64,000 nucleotides of DNA, from assembly GCA_963667845.2 (NCBI GenBank), contig CAXXVL010000002.1, positions 352,001 to 416,000 of the forward strand. Reading direction: 5' to 3'. A program made the position numbers and the translations under genes. Below the pieces are notes generated by a model. That model was not told where the DNA came from. It saw only the letters and a program-made list of their open reading frames with translations, and ran no database searches. Positions within the stretch are counted from its first letter, which is position 1, and each line of letters starts with the position of its first letter. Source of the DNA: Smithellaceae bacterium (lineage in GTDB: Bacteria > Desulfobacterota > Syntrophia > Syntrophales > Smithellaceae). Below are positions 18,318-27,900 of this stretch, in pieces.

Positions 18318-19374
18318 TCTTGTTCCTCCTCTCTATCTTGGACATGGCTTTAAAATATTCTTCCTCCCGGGTCTTATCGGTAAGCTGGGCGTATCGTCTC
18401 GTCTCTTCTATGGACCGGTGTCCCAGCAATACCTGCAGGCACTCCAGGCGCATGCCGGCATTGAGAAGCTCTGTGGCAAAGGTATGCCTGAGAGCATGAA
18501 GGCTATAACCCTTGTGAGTTAATCCTGCCTTTACTAGATATTTATGAAAGATCATCCAGGCGGCACTGTAGGACATCGTATCCGTTCCCCCAGAGGGGCT
18601 ATAAAAGAGATACTCCTCCCAGGTGTCTCTCTCCTTCAACCATTTCCGCAAAGCAGAAACAGCATCCTCGCTGAGGTAGACCACTCTACCCAAACGGTTT
18701 TTTTCACCTTCGTAAATCTCGATATTCCGTTCCTTAATGTGGACATCCATTACCTTCGTGTTCAGCAGTTCGCCTATCCGCATTCCCGTTCGCAACAGAA
18801 TCAGAATCATGGCCCGGTCTCGCGTGTCTTTAATGACGGAAAGAAACTTCCGCAAATCTTCCGGATCAATGGCTTTAGGCAGCCGTTCCGGTAATCGCAG
18901 TCGTATCCTCCTGCTGAATATATCCGAGGAAACAATCTCTTCCTCCATGAGGTAACGAAGAAAGGCCTGAACGCTCACAAGTTTTGTTCTTATCGTTGTA
19001 ATCTTATTGCCCCTGTCCTGCTCGTGCTCGATAAATGCCTCTATGTCTTTTCGTGTGATTTCTTCAAGGCGTGTCCTGCCGTTATCCCTGATCATGCCAA
19101 CAAAAATGACTATCGCTTCGTAACGGCTGTGCAATGTTCTTGGTTTGCGGTTACGTCTGGTCAGGTAGCGAAGATAACTCTCCACATGTTCCTTCCCCGG
19201 TAAACCCATTCCTGAAAGACGCTTCAGAATCTTGCCAAGGGCTTCTATGTTTTCCTCATGGTGGGATGTGAAACGCAATCTCGTTTGATGATAATCAGGT
19301 GTCTTAACGGCGGGTGAGATTATGCTTTCAGATGATAAATCTGTCTTCTGTACTATACTCTCTATGTGGGTCAT
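18223..19374 (-). CDS. Tyrosine recombinase, first of the pair
   Basis: TGMRIGEL, EGEKNR, HALRHTFAT, LLGHRS...TRRY; its 3' end overlaps the partner gene by 95 bp. Confidence 0.93.
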   Translation of the reverse strand: MTHIESIVQKTDLSSESIISPAVKTPDYHQTRLRFTSHHEENIEALGKILKRLSGMGLPGKEHVESYLRYLTRRNRKPRTLHSRYEAIVIFVGMIRDNGRTRLEEITRKDIEAFIEHEQDRGNKITTIRTKLVSVQAFLRYLMEEEIVSSDIFSRRIRLRLPERLPKAIDPEDLRKFLSVIKDTRDRAMILILLRTGMRIGELLNTKVMDVHIKERNIEIYEGEKNRLGRVVYLSEDAVSALRKWLKERDTWEEYLFYSPSGGTDTMSYSAAWMIFHKYLVKAGLTHKGYSLHALRHTFATELLNAGMRLECLQVLLGHRSIEETRRYAQLTDKTREEEYFKAMSKIERRNKNDDDRHDHELEAVFETEKLLTQYREKLSEHH

Positions 19375-19479
19375 TTCTGCCTCCTTTTCTTAAATCATCA
19401 AGAAAAGCAGATAGATGATGACCAATATTTATTTATCTGTCAAACATCCACTTGGTACGTATAGCAGGAAGTAATCCTA

Positions 19480-19680
19480 AATCTGATTTAACATTTTTTA
19501 CCCCTGATTTATTTTCTTACGTTCATGAGGTCAATCAGGGTACCCTAGCCACCTTATCACTCTGCAAAAAAATATCTTAAAAAACAGTTCTGCCGCAGCT
19601 CCAATCATATTAAGTAGCCCGTCTATCGTATTGCATGAAAACATTTAATACAGGGCATTCTGCCGAGTTAAAAGTCGAGG
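19480..19680. repeat. Diverged ~190-bp direct repeat, copy B
   Basis: Matching blocks at 19520-19535, 19593-19605 and 19661-19674. Confidence 0.85.
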
Positions 19681-19788
19681 ATTTTACGTCGAAACAGATC
19701 ACATTTGCAGCGGCAACTGCTTACCTTTTAAAAAACTTAATTAATCGAGCTACTCAATGCAGACACGCAATCAAGTTTGACTATTGTT

Positions 19789-20883
19789 TCAGATTATACC
19801 TTCTTCCATGTCATGTTTCGCTGCCCGCTCCATACTGCGTTCCATTTCCCTGCGCTGTGCGTTGCTTATAAAACCGGCCTCATGAACTCTTGAAATATTA
19901 CAATGCGGTTGAGGCACAGGTCTTTTCTTTTTGACTGTTTCATCCTTTTCCTCTTTGATAACTTTCAGCTTGCATGGTGTTGCGATTTTATAACCAAAAC
20001 ATCTAAGCACGGCAATAAAATCACTTACAAATAAATTTCCAAGGAATCGCTGGACAGGCGGTTGTTCACAGAAGACATCAAAATCCTCATCATCGAATTT
20101 GAATAATTCAACAATCTTTCTAATCTCCCGCATATCTGATGAGCATTTATCCAAGTTTGGAAATAGCTCAAGTACAAGAGTGTCGAGCTTTTCAACGAGC
20201 TTTCCATGCTGACGAAGACCGTATTTACTCATGACAGCAGGGAATTTAACGGGTTTCAGTTCTTTAAGTTTTTTTAGGTGAATTTCTTGTTCTTTAAGTT
20301 TCTTTACCTCATTCTTTTTAGCAGCCAAGGAACTTTTGTAAACATTGTGCAAAGATTTATTTCTATCCCTGATCGCTTTAATTTCTTTTTCGAAGCAGTT
20401 TTGCAGGACATGGCGGCATTGACTGACCTTTTCAGCAGTGGTTCCAATCAGTCTTGCGGTGACTTCTCTGGAACTTTCACGTGGGATTGCATCATCAAAT
20501 AAATCACGTTTCGTAGTCGCGAAAATTGATCGTCTATCTCCACCCATTTCATACATTTTGTCTAATTTCTCGACAAGGTGCAGAATATGAGCGTCATCTA
20601 AATTACGCCTGTTCCTTTGGTGATGAAGGGCATATTCCAATGCTGCATCTTCATCTTTAAAATCCAGTTCCTCAACAGGAATAGTTTCCCTGTCGATAAA
20701 CTTAGCCGCACGCAGACGGGTATGTCCGTCAATCACGATGTTACGACCACGCCAAATTGTAATTGGCTTGCTTTCATCATAACCATTATACCGCATGTCG
20801 TCTTTGATGGCGTGATAAATGCGATCGTCCATCTTGAACAGGCTCTTAAAAGGTTCTTCGACTTTTAGTTCCAAAATATTCAT
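19789..20883 (-). CDS. ParB/Srx N-terminal domain protein
   Basis: PITIWRGRNIVIDGHTRLRAA, HHQRNRRNL, GGDRRS and a putative HTH (TARLIGTTAEKVSQ). Confidence 0.8.
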   Translation of the reverse strand: MNILELKVEEPFKSLFKMDDRIYHAIKDDMRYNGYDESKPITIWRGRNIVIDGHTRLRAAKFIDRETIPVEELDFKDEDAALEYALHHQRNRRNLDDAHILHLVEKLDKMYEMGGDRRSIFATTKRDLFDDAIPRESSREVTARLIGTTAEKVSQCRHVLQNCFEKEIKAIRDRNKSLHNVYKSSLAAKKNEVKKLKEQEIHLKKLKELKPVKFPAVMSKYGLRQHGKLVEKLDTLVLELFPNLDKCSSDMREIRKIVELFKFDDEDFDVFCEQPPVQRFLGNLFVSDFIAVLRCFGYKIATPCKLKVIKEEKDETVKKKRPVPQPHCNISRVHEAGFISNAQRREMERSMERAAKHDMEEGII

Positions 20884-20994
20884 GACTCATTCCTTCCGTC
20901 AATTTCGTAATGAAAACTTCTCTGACAGCTCTCTTTCGATCATTTAAACGAAAATAAGCTGGTAAAAGGGATTCTCCCACGTCTAAGGGCAGGT

Positions 20995-22011
20995 TTAATG
21001 TCTCTTTAAGCCTGTTTTCGAAGGCAGAAAACTTCGATACCTAGTTCTTTCAACAAACATTTGTGTGAAATCTTCTTCAGGGACAACAAACCGTGAGTAA
21101 TTTACAATTCCACTTTTGGATTTCAGATTAACGATTTTTCCCATTAAAGGAAATGCTTCCAGAAGGAACCCAGAGACATAATTCTCAACATGCCGTTCCA
21201 GCAATTCATCATGCATATATTTATTTCTGGATGAATCATTCTTATGCATCCTTCTGCTTTTCCATTTCAGATGGTTAACCAGCTTGTTTTCATCCACGGA
21301 CATAAAGGTGAAAAATCGAAAAGGATTTATTGAATCAATTCTTCTTAACAAAGGATCAATTCTTAATTTTCTCAGGAGTGGTCTTTTCAAAGTAAGTTCA
21401 AGTCGGACAATACGTATATTTCGGTGATCTGGTCTAAGATAGACTTTTAATCCTTTTGATGAAGCCTTGATCTGGTTTGCATAATACGTTGTTAAATATT
21501 TTTCAGACGGTTTTGATCTGGAATTCTTTAACAAGAGATGGGATTTCAAGAAATCATATAATTTTATCCTGTCCCTGCTGGATAAATCATAAAAGTCATA
21601 AGCCAGTTCAATTTTAGACACCTTAAGGTTTATTCCATGATTAATTACCGATGATAGCAATAAGTCGATAATCCCTTTATTAGGATCATGAACAGTAACA
21701 AGAAAAGACGGGACAGCTTCTCCGTTATTTTCAGGTTTCAAATGATAAATAATTTCTACAACAGCAGTATCATCAGGACGTTTATAAGTATTCTTCCATG
21801 AATATTTACCTTTCTTTAATTTATATATTCTAAATCTTTTATAACCAATAGATTCAATAATTCTGAATATAATCTTTTCATCAGCACTTAGATTAGAACT
21901 ATAATCAATCTTGTCTATGTGTTTGCGGATAAATGAATTAGAAAAATAAAATGTGTCTATATGATTATTGCTCGACGTTGTATTTGCTTCTTCAATATTC
22001 AGTGTTGCCAT
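20995..22011 (-). CDS. Putative Rep_trans/MOB_T-like rolling-circle initiator or relaxase
   Basis: Ordered motifs IDKIDYS, VSKIELAYDF, TTYY, LKVYLR and VRLELTL resemble the Rep_trans pattern (RiDlAiD / TxYxG / lriYdK / RxElel); GAGGAG RBS. Confidence 0.6.
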   Translation of the reverse strand: MATLNIEEANTTSSNNHIDTFYFSNSFIRKHIDKIDYSSNLSADEKIIFRIIESIGYKRFRIYKLKKGKYSWKNTYKRPDDTAVVEIIYHLKPENNGEAVPSFLVTVHDPNKGIIDLLLSSVINHGINLKVSKIELAYDFYDLSSRDRIKLYDFLKSHLLLKNSRSKPSEKYLTTYYANQIKASSKGLKVYLRPDHRNIRIVRLELTLKRPLLRKLRIDPLLRRIDSINPFRFFTFMSVDENKLVNHLKWKSRRMHKNDSSRNKYMHDELLERHVENYVSGFLLEAFPLMGKIVNLKSKSGIVNYSRFVVPEEDFTQMFVERTRYRSFLPSKTGLKRH

Positions 22012-22156
22012 TTGAGGAATCTCCTCTCTTTTAGATTATAATCCTGTTATTTCATAGACTAATGCGGATTTCTCAGGCTTTTTTGCTTAGAACCTTCGCA
22101 CTGAGAATGTTTTGAATTATTAACTGAATTGTCAGTGAATATTTTAAATCGGAGAG

Positions 22157-22180
22157 GAATTACTATGTTGTGCTGTTTAG
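22157..22180. other. Element/host junction (att site) at the Rep end
   Basis: 22-bp arm GAATTACTATGTTGTGCTGTTT followed by AG (22179-22180); 16/22 inverted match to the other arm. Confidence 0.85.
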
Positions 22181-23092
22181 AAAGAGAACACCCAAATGGG
22201 CAAGAGATATTTCTCCGGGATGCGGTAATTGACCGCCCCCGACTAAGCCGACGTCGGAAATCGTATGATGAGGTGAGCGGAAAGGCCGCGCGGCTTTGAG
22301 GGTCTCACCTGAACCGAGCATTCCGGCAACGGAAAAAATTTTGGTCACCTCAATGGCTTCTTCAAAGGAGAGATCAGGCAGGATCGTCGGCAACCGCTTG
22401 GCTAACATACTCTTGCCGGAACCGGGCGGACCGATCATCAGCACATTATGGTTTCCCGCGGCAGCAATCTCCAGGGCCCGGAGAGCCTGCTTCTGGCCTT
22501 TGATTTCAGAAAAATCGATGTCATAATGACGATTTTTCCGGAAGAGATCGCGCGTATCCAGACGAAGCGGTGAAATGGTTTGCCTGGCTCCTAAAAATTC
22601 AACGACATCGGGAAGCGTTTTGACGCCGTAAACATTGATGCCGTCCACCATCGCCGCTTCCGCTGCGTTCTCCTCGGGGACAAAAACCGATCCAATGCCC
22701 AACTCACTGGCTTTAAAGGCAGCCGGCAATATTCCCCTCACTCCTTTAATGCTGCCGTCGAGCGACAATTCACCGATAAAGATACAATTCTGCAAAGTGT
22801 TTTCGGCGATCAACTCTTGCGCCGCCAGAATGCCCACTGCAATCGGCAGGTCGAATCCCGTTCCCTCTTTGCGAATATCTGCGGGTGCCAGATTGACCGT
22901 CACATGATCACGTGGAAAAGAGTAACCGGAATTCTTGATCGCTGCTTTGATTCGATCCCGGCTCTCTTTCACGGAGGCATCCGGCAGGCCAACGGTGGCA
23001 AACTGAGGCAAGCCGCGGGATACGTCAACCTCAACCGAAACGGGATAGGATTCCATTCCGATCACGCTTACGCCGAGCACTTTAATGAACAC
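22179..23092 (-). pseudogene. comM: comM, 5' part of the interrupted gene
   Basis: [25 protein letters not shown], Walker [30 protein letters not shown]; then runs into element sequence (NSTT*). Confidence 0.93.
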
Positions 23093-23271
23093 TTTTTTTC
23101 TCCGAGGAAGAATTTGTGGTAAAAATACTAACTAATCAATGCATTTATATCAAGTTTTTAATTTGTCAAAAAAGGCCCCCGACTTTCTTGACTCACGAAA
23201 GACGGTGTGTTAGGGTCTTCTTAATTGTTTAGGTCCTAATAATCTCACATAGACTAAAGTCAGTTGCCGCC

Positions 23272-23763
23272 ATGAAAAAGCTATCCCACATTGATGATGC
23301 CGGTCAGATTCAAATGGTGGATGTAACCGGCAAAGCGAAAACCGTCCGAAAGGCATCAGCGCGGGGCCGGGTAGAAATGAAAGGTGAAACCCTTCGGCTT
23401 TTGGAAGAAGGCCGGATGGCGAAAGGCAATGTTCTCACAACGGCAAAGATCGCCGGCATCATGGCGGCTAAAAAAACAGGCGAATTTATTCCTCTGTGCC
23501 ATCCCCTGGGCCTGACGGGCATTGATATTGAATTTGTTATTGACCGGGTGAATACTCAAGTCATCATTCAAAGCCAAGTCCAGACCGTTGGACAAACGGG
23601 GGTGGAAATGGAAGCCTTGACGGCAGTGAGCGTTGCCGCTCTGACCATCTATGACATGTGTAAAGCCGTCGACAAAGAAATGATCATCGGCGATATTTTG
23701 CTTCTAAAAAAGAGCGGAGGCAAAAGCGGTACGTTTATCAGAAAAAGCAGCTCTATAAAGTGA
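23272..23763 (+). CDS. moaC: Cyclic pyranopterin monophosphate synthase
   Basis: MVDVTGK, IPLCHP, TGVEMEAL, TIYDMCKAVD, KSGGKSG. Confidence 0.96.
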   Translation: MKKLSHIDDAGQIQMVDVTGKAKTVRKASARGRVEMKGETLRLLEEGRMAKGNVLTTAKIAGIMAAKKTGEFIPLCHPLGLTGIDIEFVIDRVNTQVIIQSQVQTVGQTGVEMEALTAVSVAALTIYDMCKAVDKEMIIGDILLLKKSGGKSGTFIRKSSSIK

Positions 23764-23770
23764 GAGAGCA

Positions 23771-24283
23771 GTGAACCAGATATACAGAATTAAGAAAGCA
23801 TTTACTTTTCCTTTCATCGCCGCAGTTATCCTTTTAGGCGTGCTTCTGGTCTTGAGTCTTTTTAGCGGACAGTCCTGGGAGCGGGTTATTCTGGCGGTTT
23901 TGTTTGCCATATCGGCAGTTGTTGCCGTCGAAGCCTATGAAAGGACGTTTTCCGTCTCCGAAGACGGTTTGCGCATCAGAAAATTTTTCCGAATCAAGAA
24001 TTTTTCCTGGGTGGAAATTACTCACCTGGGCGTTGTTGTCATGCGCAATAAGGCATACTTCCTATTAACAACAACCAAGGGGTTTTACATCTTTTCCAAT
24101 CTTCTCCAGGATCACGCCCTTTTGATCCGGCGGTTGACAGACAAACTCGAAAATGAGAGAGTGGAAGCAGAAGTCAAAACCTATTTGGAGAGTCCCGTCG
24201 AACGGACGTCTCTTATTGTTTTAACCTGGATTGCCCTGATTATTATTGTCGCGATTATCCTGACCAAATTATTTACAGCATAA
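23771..24283 (+). CDS. Membrane protein (bacterial PH-like domain)
   Basis: Three TM segments around VSEDGLRIRKFFRIKNFSWVEI. Confidence 0.65.
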   Translation: MNQIYRIKKAFTFPFIAAVILLGVLLVLSLFSGQSWERVILAVLFAISAVVAVEAYERTFSVSEDGLRIRKFFRIKNFSWVEITHLGVVVMRNKAYFLLTTTKGFYIFSNLLQDHALLIRRLTDKLENERVEAEVKTYLESPVERTSLIVLTWIALIIIVAIILTKLFTA

Positions 24284-24362
24284 ATCCACTTGTCATTGTG
24301 AGAATCAGAGCTATTTTAGCAACAGTCATGAAGATGGATTCTAATGCGGGAGTTGCATAATT

Positions 24363-24668
24363 ATGAGAGAGAGAAAACAAAGAAAGCCGGAAGCGGTCAT
24401 TGGCGGTGAAGACACGTGTCATGCAGCCGTCGAGGAAATATTGGAAAAGAAATTGGACGATCTGGCAACGGTTCTATCGACTTCCGACAACGGAAAAAGT
24501 AAACTTCATGAGGAAGTCATGGCCATGGTAGAAAAAGGGCTGTTTAGAATAGCTTTGCGCCGCTCCAGTAACGTGAAGAGCACAGCCGCGGCATATTTGG
24601 GTATTAACCGTAATACGTTTACTGACAAGATGGCGAAGCTGGGTATCGACTGCGAAAAGACAAAATAG
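24363..24668 (+). CDS. Fis-family helix-turn-helix protein
   Basis: VEKGLFRIAL...AAAYLGINRNTF HTH_8 pattern. Confidence 0.8.
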   Translation: MRERKQRKPEAVIGGEDTCHAAVEEILEKKLDDLATVLSTSDNGKSKLHEEVMAMVEKGLFRIALRRSSNVKSTAAAYLGINRNTFTDKMAKLGIDCEKTK

Positions 24669-24993
24669 GATACTCGAGCCAATTCAGTCAGGATATTTTT
24701 TTGATCAAATTGCCACCCTCTAAAATATATTATACATGAAGGAACAATTTTTGCACGATCGTCCAGAGCTTGCCGTGAATAGCCGCACGACCTCACGGTG
24801 GTCAGGCTGCTGCGCCGCGGGCGGCATGATCGAAACGCACAGAATGATGATCAAAAGAGAACTTGAACCATCAAAAGAGGAGACCCGCGAAAACGCCGCG
24901 TTGGAGAAATATCGCAAGGGCCATTAATATTTGTTGAAGAATTTACCGCAAGGTGTGGCTAAAACTGTAGAATCCGGGAATTAATAGAAACAA

Positions 24994-27900
24994 ATGTGCA
25001 CCAATCTTTTCCGAAGTCTGAAGAATTTCTTGGGCTTGATTGCCCGATGCAGGGTTTTTATTGGTCTTCATCCTGATCGCATTCAAGCGCCCGCGATTAT
25101 TTTTTTTCCCCTTTTGCAAGGTCAGCTCAATTGCGGCTTTGCAGGCTTGATCACGTGTCGTCTGCAGGAGATCCCTCCAGATCGGTCAGATGATCTGACA
25201 ATCGCCACCCTTTGGGGAAAGATCAAAAAAGCCGGTTTGCAGACGATCCTGTCCGGAGAAAACACCGCAGAGACATTTTTGGACGGCGTCAAGACGGTCC
25301 AGGCCTTAAACGATGCTGTTTTGGAACTCAAACGCGAACAAGCGCAGGAAGTTCTTTTTTTTGAAACCGACCGAGCTGCCTCATTGTCCAAGATTACCGG
25401 AGAAATGAACAAATTTCTCACAACCACAGAAAGAATTCTGGATGATCAGGCCGCCGCCATAAGTTCAGCCGATCTCGAAACGATCAACGGCCGGATGATT
25501 CAACTAAAAGACATCTGCTGGATGCTGGAGAAAGACATACTCGCCAATCTGCAAAAAATCCTGGCACTGACCGGCATCGAGAAGCCTTCAGCAGTGAAGC
25601 CCACCGCATTTCGAAAATACCGCAAGCTCAATCTGCTGCTCAATGCACTGGATCGGCTGGAAGTCAGGGGGCGCGACTCCGCTGGGCTTCAGTTGAATTT
25701 TACACTAAAAAACGGAAAAGAACTGCATACGATCATGCGGCAGATTCAAGCAAACGGCCTGTCCGATGACTTTCAACGGCGTACACAAAAATATGATCTG
25801 CTCAATGGGTCCATTTTCGTTTCCAATGATCGTCCGGACAGCTCCGACGGCGTTAACGTTACCTTTACCTACAAGACATTTTCCATCGTGGGCGAACTGG
25901 GGCGTAATGTGACTGACCTCAGAAAGTCCATTCGCGAAGACCGAATTCTGCATTATTTTGCGGTGGCAGAATCGGCTTGTGAAACAGCGTTGACCCACAC
26001 CCGTTGGGCCTCCGTCGGCTCAATCACAGAATTGAATTGCCACCCGGTAAACAATTTCGCGATCAACTGTCCGCCTTCCGTCTGCCCCTTTTATCCCGGG
26101 AGAGAGGTGCAAATTAACACCGTCCTGAATGGAGACATTGATAACTACCCGGCCCTCCGGGACGCCCTGGAAGCCGACGGCGAACTGATTGCTCCGGAGA
26201 TGACGACCGACACCAAGATTATTCCGCTGCAGATTGAAAAATATCTCAAAGCCGGAAAAGATCTCGCCGAGGCTTTCCGTCTCGCTGTTAATGACTTTGC
26301 AGGGTCGCACGCGATTGTCATGCAAAGCAATCTGGAACCGGGTAAGATGTTTCTGGCGCTCAAAGGCAGCGGGCAGTCCATTTATGTCGGAATCAATGCC
26401 GACCAGTACATGTTTTCTTCAGAATTGTACGGTTTGGTGGAAGTCATGCCGCGTTTTCTCAAGATGAACGGGGAAACGGGCAATGGCACCGGCGGCGGAC
26501 AAATATTTATTTTGGATCAGAATCGCGGCAATGGACTGGCCGGCATTTCCGCCTGTTTTTACAACGGCACAGTCATTAAACTCACGGATAATCTGCTGCA
26601 AACGGCGGAGATCACTACGCGGGATATCGACCGCAGCGACTATCCTCATTATTTCCTCAAGGAAATTTCCGAGTCCGCCCTGTCGATCAGAAGAACACTG
26701 CGCGGGAAATACCGGATCAGCACATCGGGCCGATCCGCGCCTCATGTGACATTTAACTTCGGAGCGGATATGGTCCCCGCTTCCGTGCGCAGAGGTCTCC
26801 AAAAGGGTTCTATCAAGAACATCATTGTCATCGGGCATGGGACGGCCGCCGTCGCCGGACAGGCTGTCGCCGATGCATTATCCCATTACCTTAAAGGGAC
26901 ACCGCTCTATATCGTGCCCCGGATCGCTTCCGAGTTAAGCGGCTTCGGACTGAAAGACGATCTCACGGATACGCTGATCATTCCGATCACGCAATCAGGA
27001 ACGACGACCGATACCAACCGGGCCGTCGCCATGGCCCGCGAGCGAGGGGCTTACATCATTTCCATCGTCAACCGCAGGCAATCCGACATTACGGCGAAAT
27101 CCCATGGCGTATTTTATACAAGCGACGGCCGCGACATCGAAATGTCGGTCGCCTCGACGAAGGCTTTTTATGCCCAGATTATCGCAGGCCAGCTGCTGGC
27201 CCTGTATTTTGCCCAGTTGCTCGGGTCCCGTTCGGACGAAGCTATCGCGGATGCCCTCAGACACCTCGAGTCGGCGCCCCAACAGATGAATCGGCTATTC
27301 GAAAATCGCGACGCAATTGCCGCTTCGGTGAGACAGGCCGTGAGCAAGCGACACTGGGCGGTCGTCGGCAGTGGGCCCAATAAGGCGGCAGCCGACGAGA
27401 TCCGCATCAAACTTTCCGAACTGTGTTACAGAACGATTTCGTCGGACATTGTGGAAAATAAAAAACATATTGACCTGTCCGCCGAACCGCTCATTCTGGT
27501 TTGTGCCTCCGGTAATCCGCAGGCCGTTATGGAGGACGTCGTTAAAGACGTGGCGATTTTCAAAGCCCACAAGGCGACTGTGATCGTTTTTGCGGACGAA
27601 GGCGATCACCGCTTTGATCACGTTGCGGATGCGGTTATCCCCATTCCGGTTGCCCCTGCGCCCCTGCCCGTTATTCTCAACACGATGGCCGGGCACTTAT
27701 GGGGCTACTATGCGGCGCGCGCCATTGACGAAGGCGCCCAAATTCTCCGCGAATTCCGCAGCCGGCTGACCGCGGAGTTAATGGAACGCACAAAAAAATC
27801 CTTATCGATCATTGATATGATCGCCGATACGTCCTTCCGCCGGATCATCAATGAGTTTTATACGGTGTTCAATCAGCACCGCCTGAACGGATCCTTCAGC

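Larger units (their letters stand above)
17343..19465. mobile_element. Nested two-tyrosine-recombinase element (2,123 bp)
   Basis: Terminal inverted repeats GCTATACGTACTAA / TTGGTACGTATAGC (13/14 match), flanking AGGAA direct repeat, and a subterminal 12-bp inverted repeat. Confidence 0.78.
6918..22180. mobile_element. Serine-integrase integrative element (IME-like) inserted in comM, 15,263 bp
   Basis: Sharp switch to AT-rich DNA, split comM halves on either side, att junctions, integrase, resolvase, ParB-like and Rep_trans-like genes. No phage structural or conjugation genes were recognised. Confidence 0.92.

Noticed and set aside
17424..19374. Integron integrase or chromosomal XerC/XerD
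   Set aside because: No evident IntI-specific insertion; the pair is bounded by its own IRs inside a mobile element.
6918..22180. Prophage or complete ICE
   Set aside because: No terminase, capsid, tail, VirB4 or coupling-protein genes were recognised.
24700..24990. glmS ribozyme or a 63-aa CDS upstream of glmS
   Set aside because: The ribozyme core (AGCGCC...GACGAGG) is not seen, and the ORF has no motif support.
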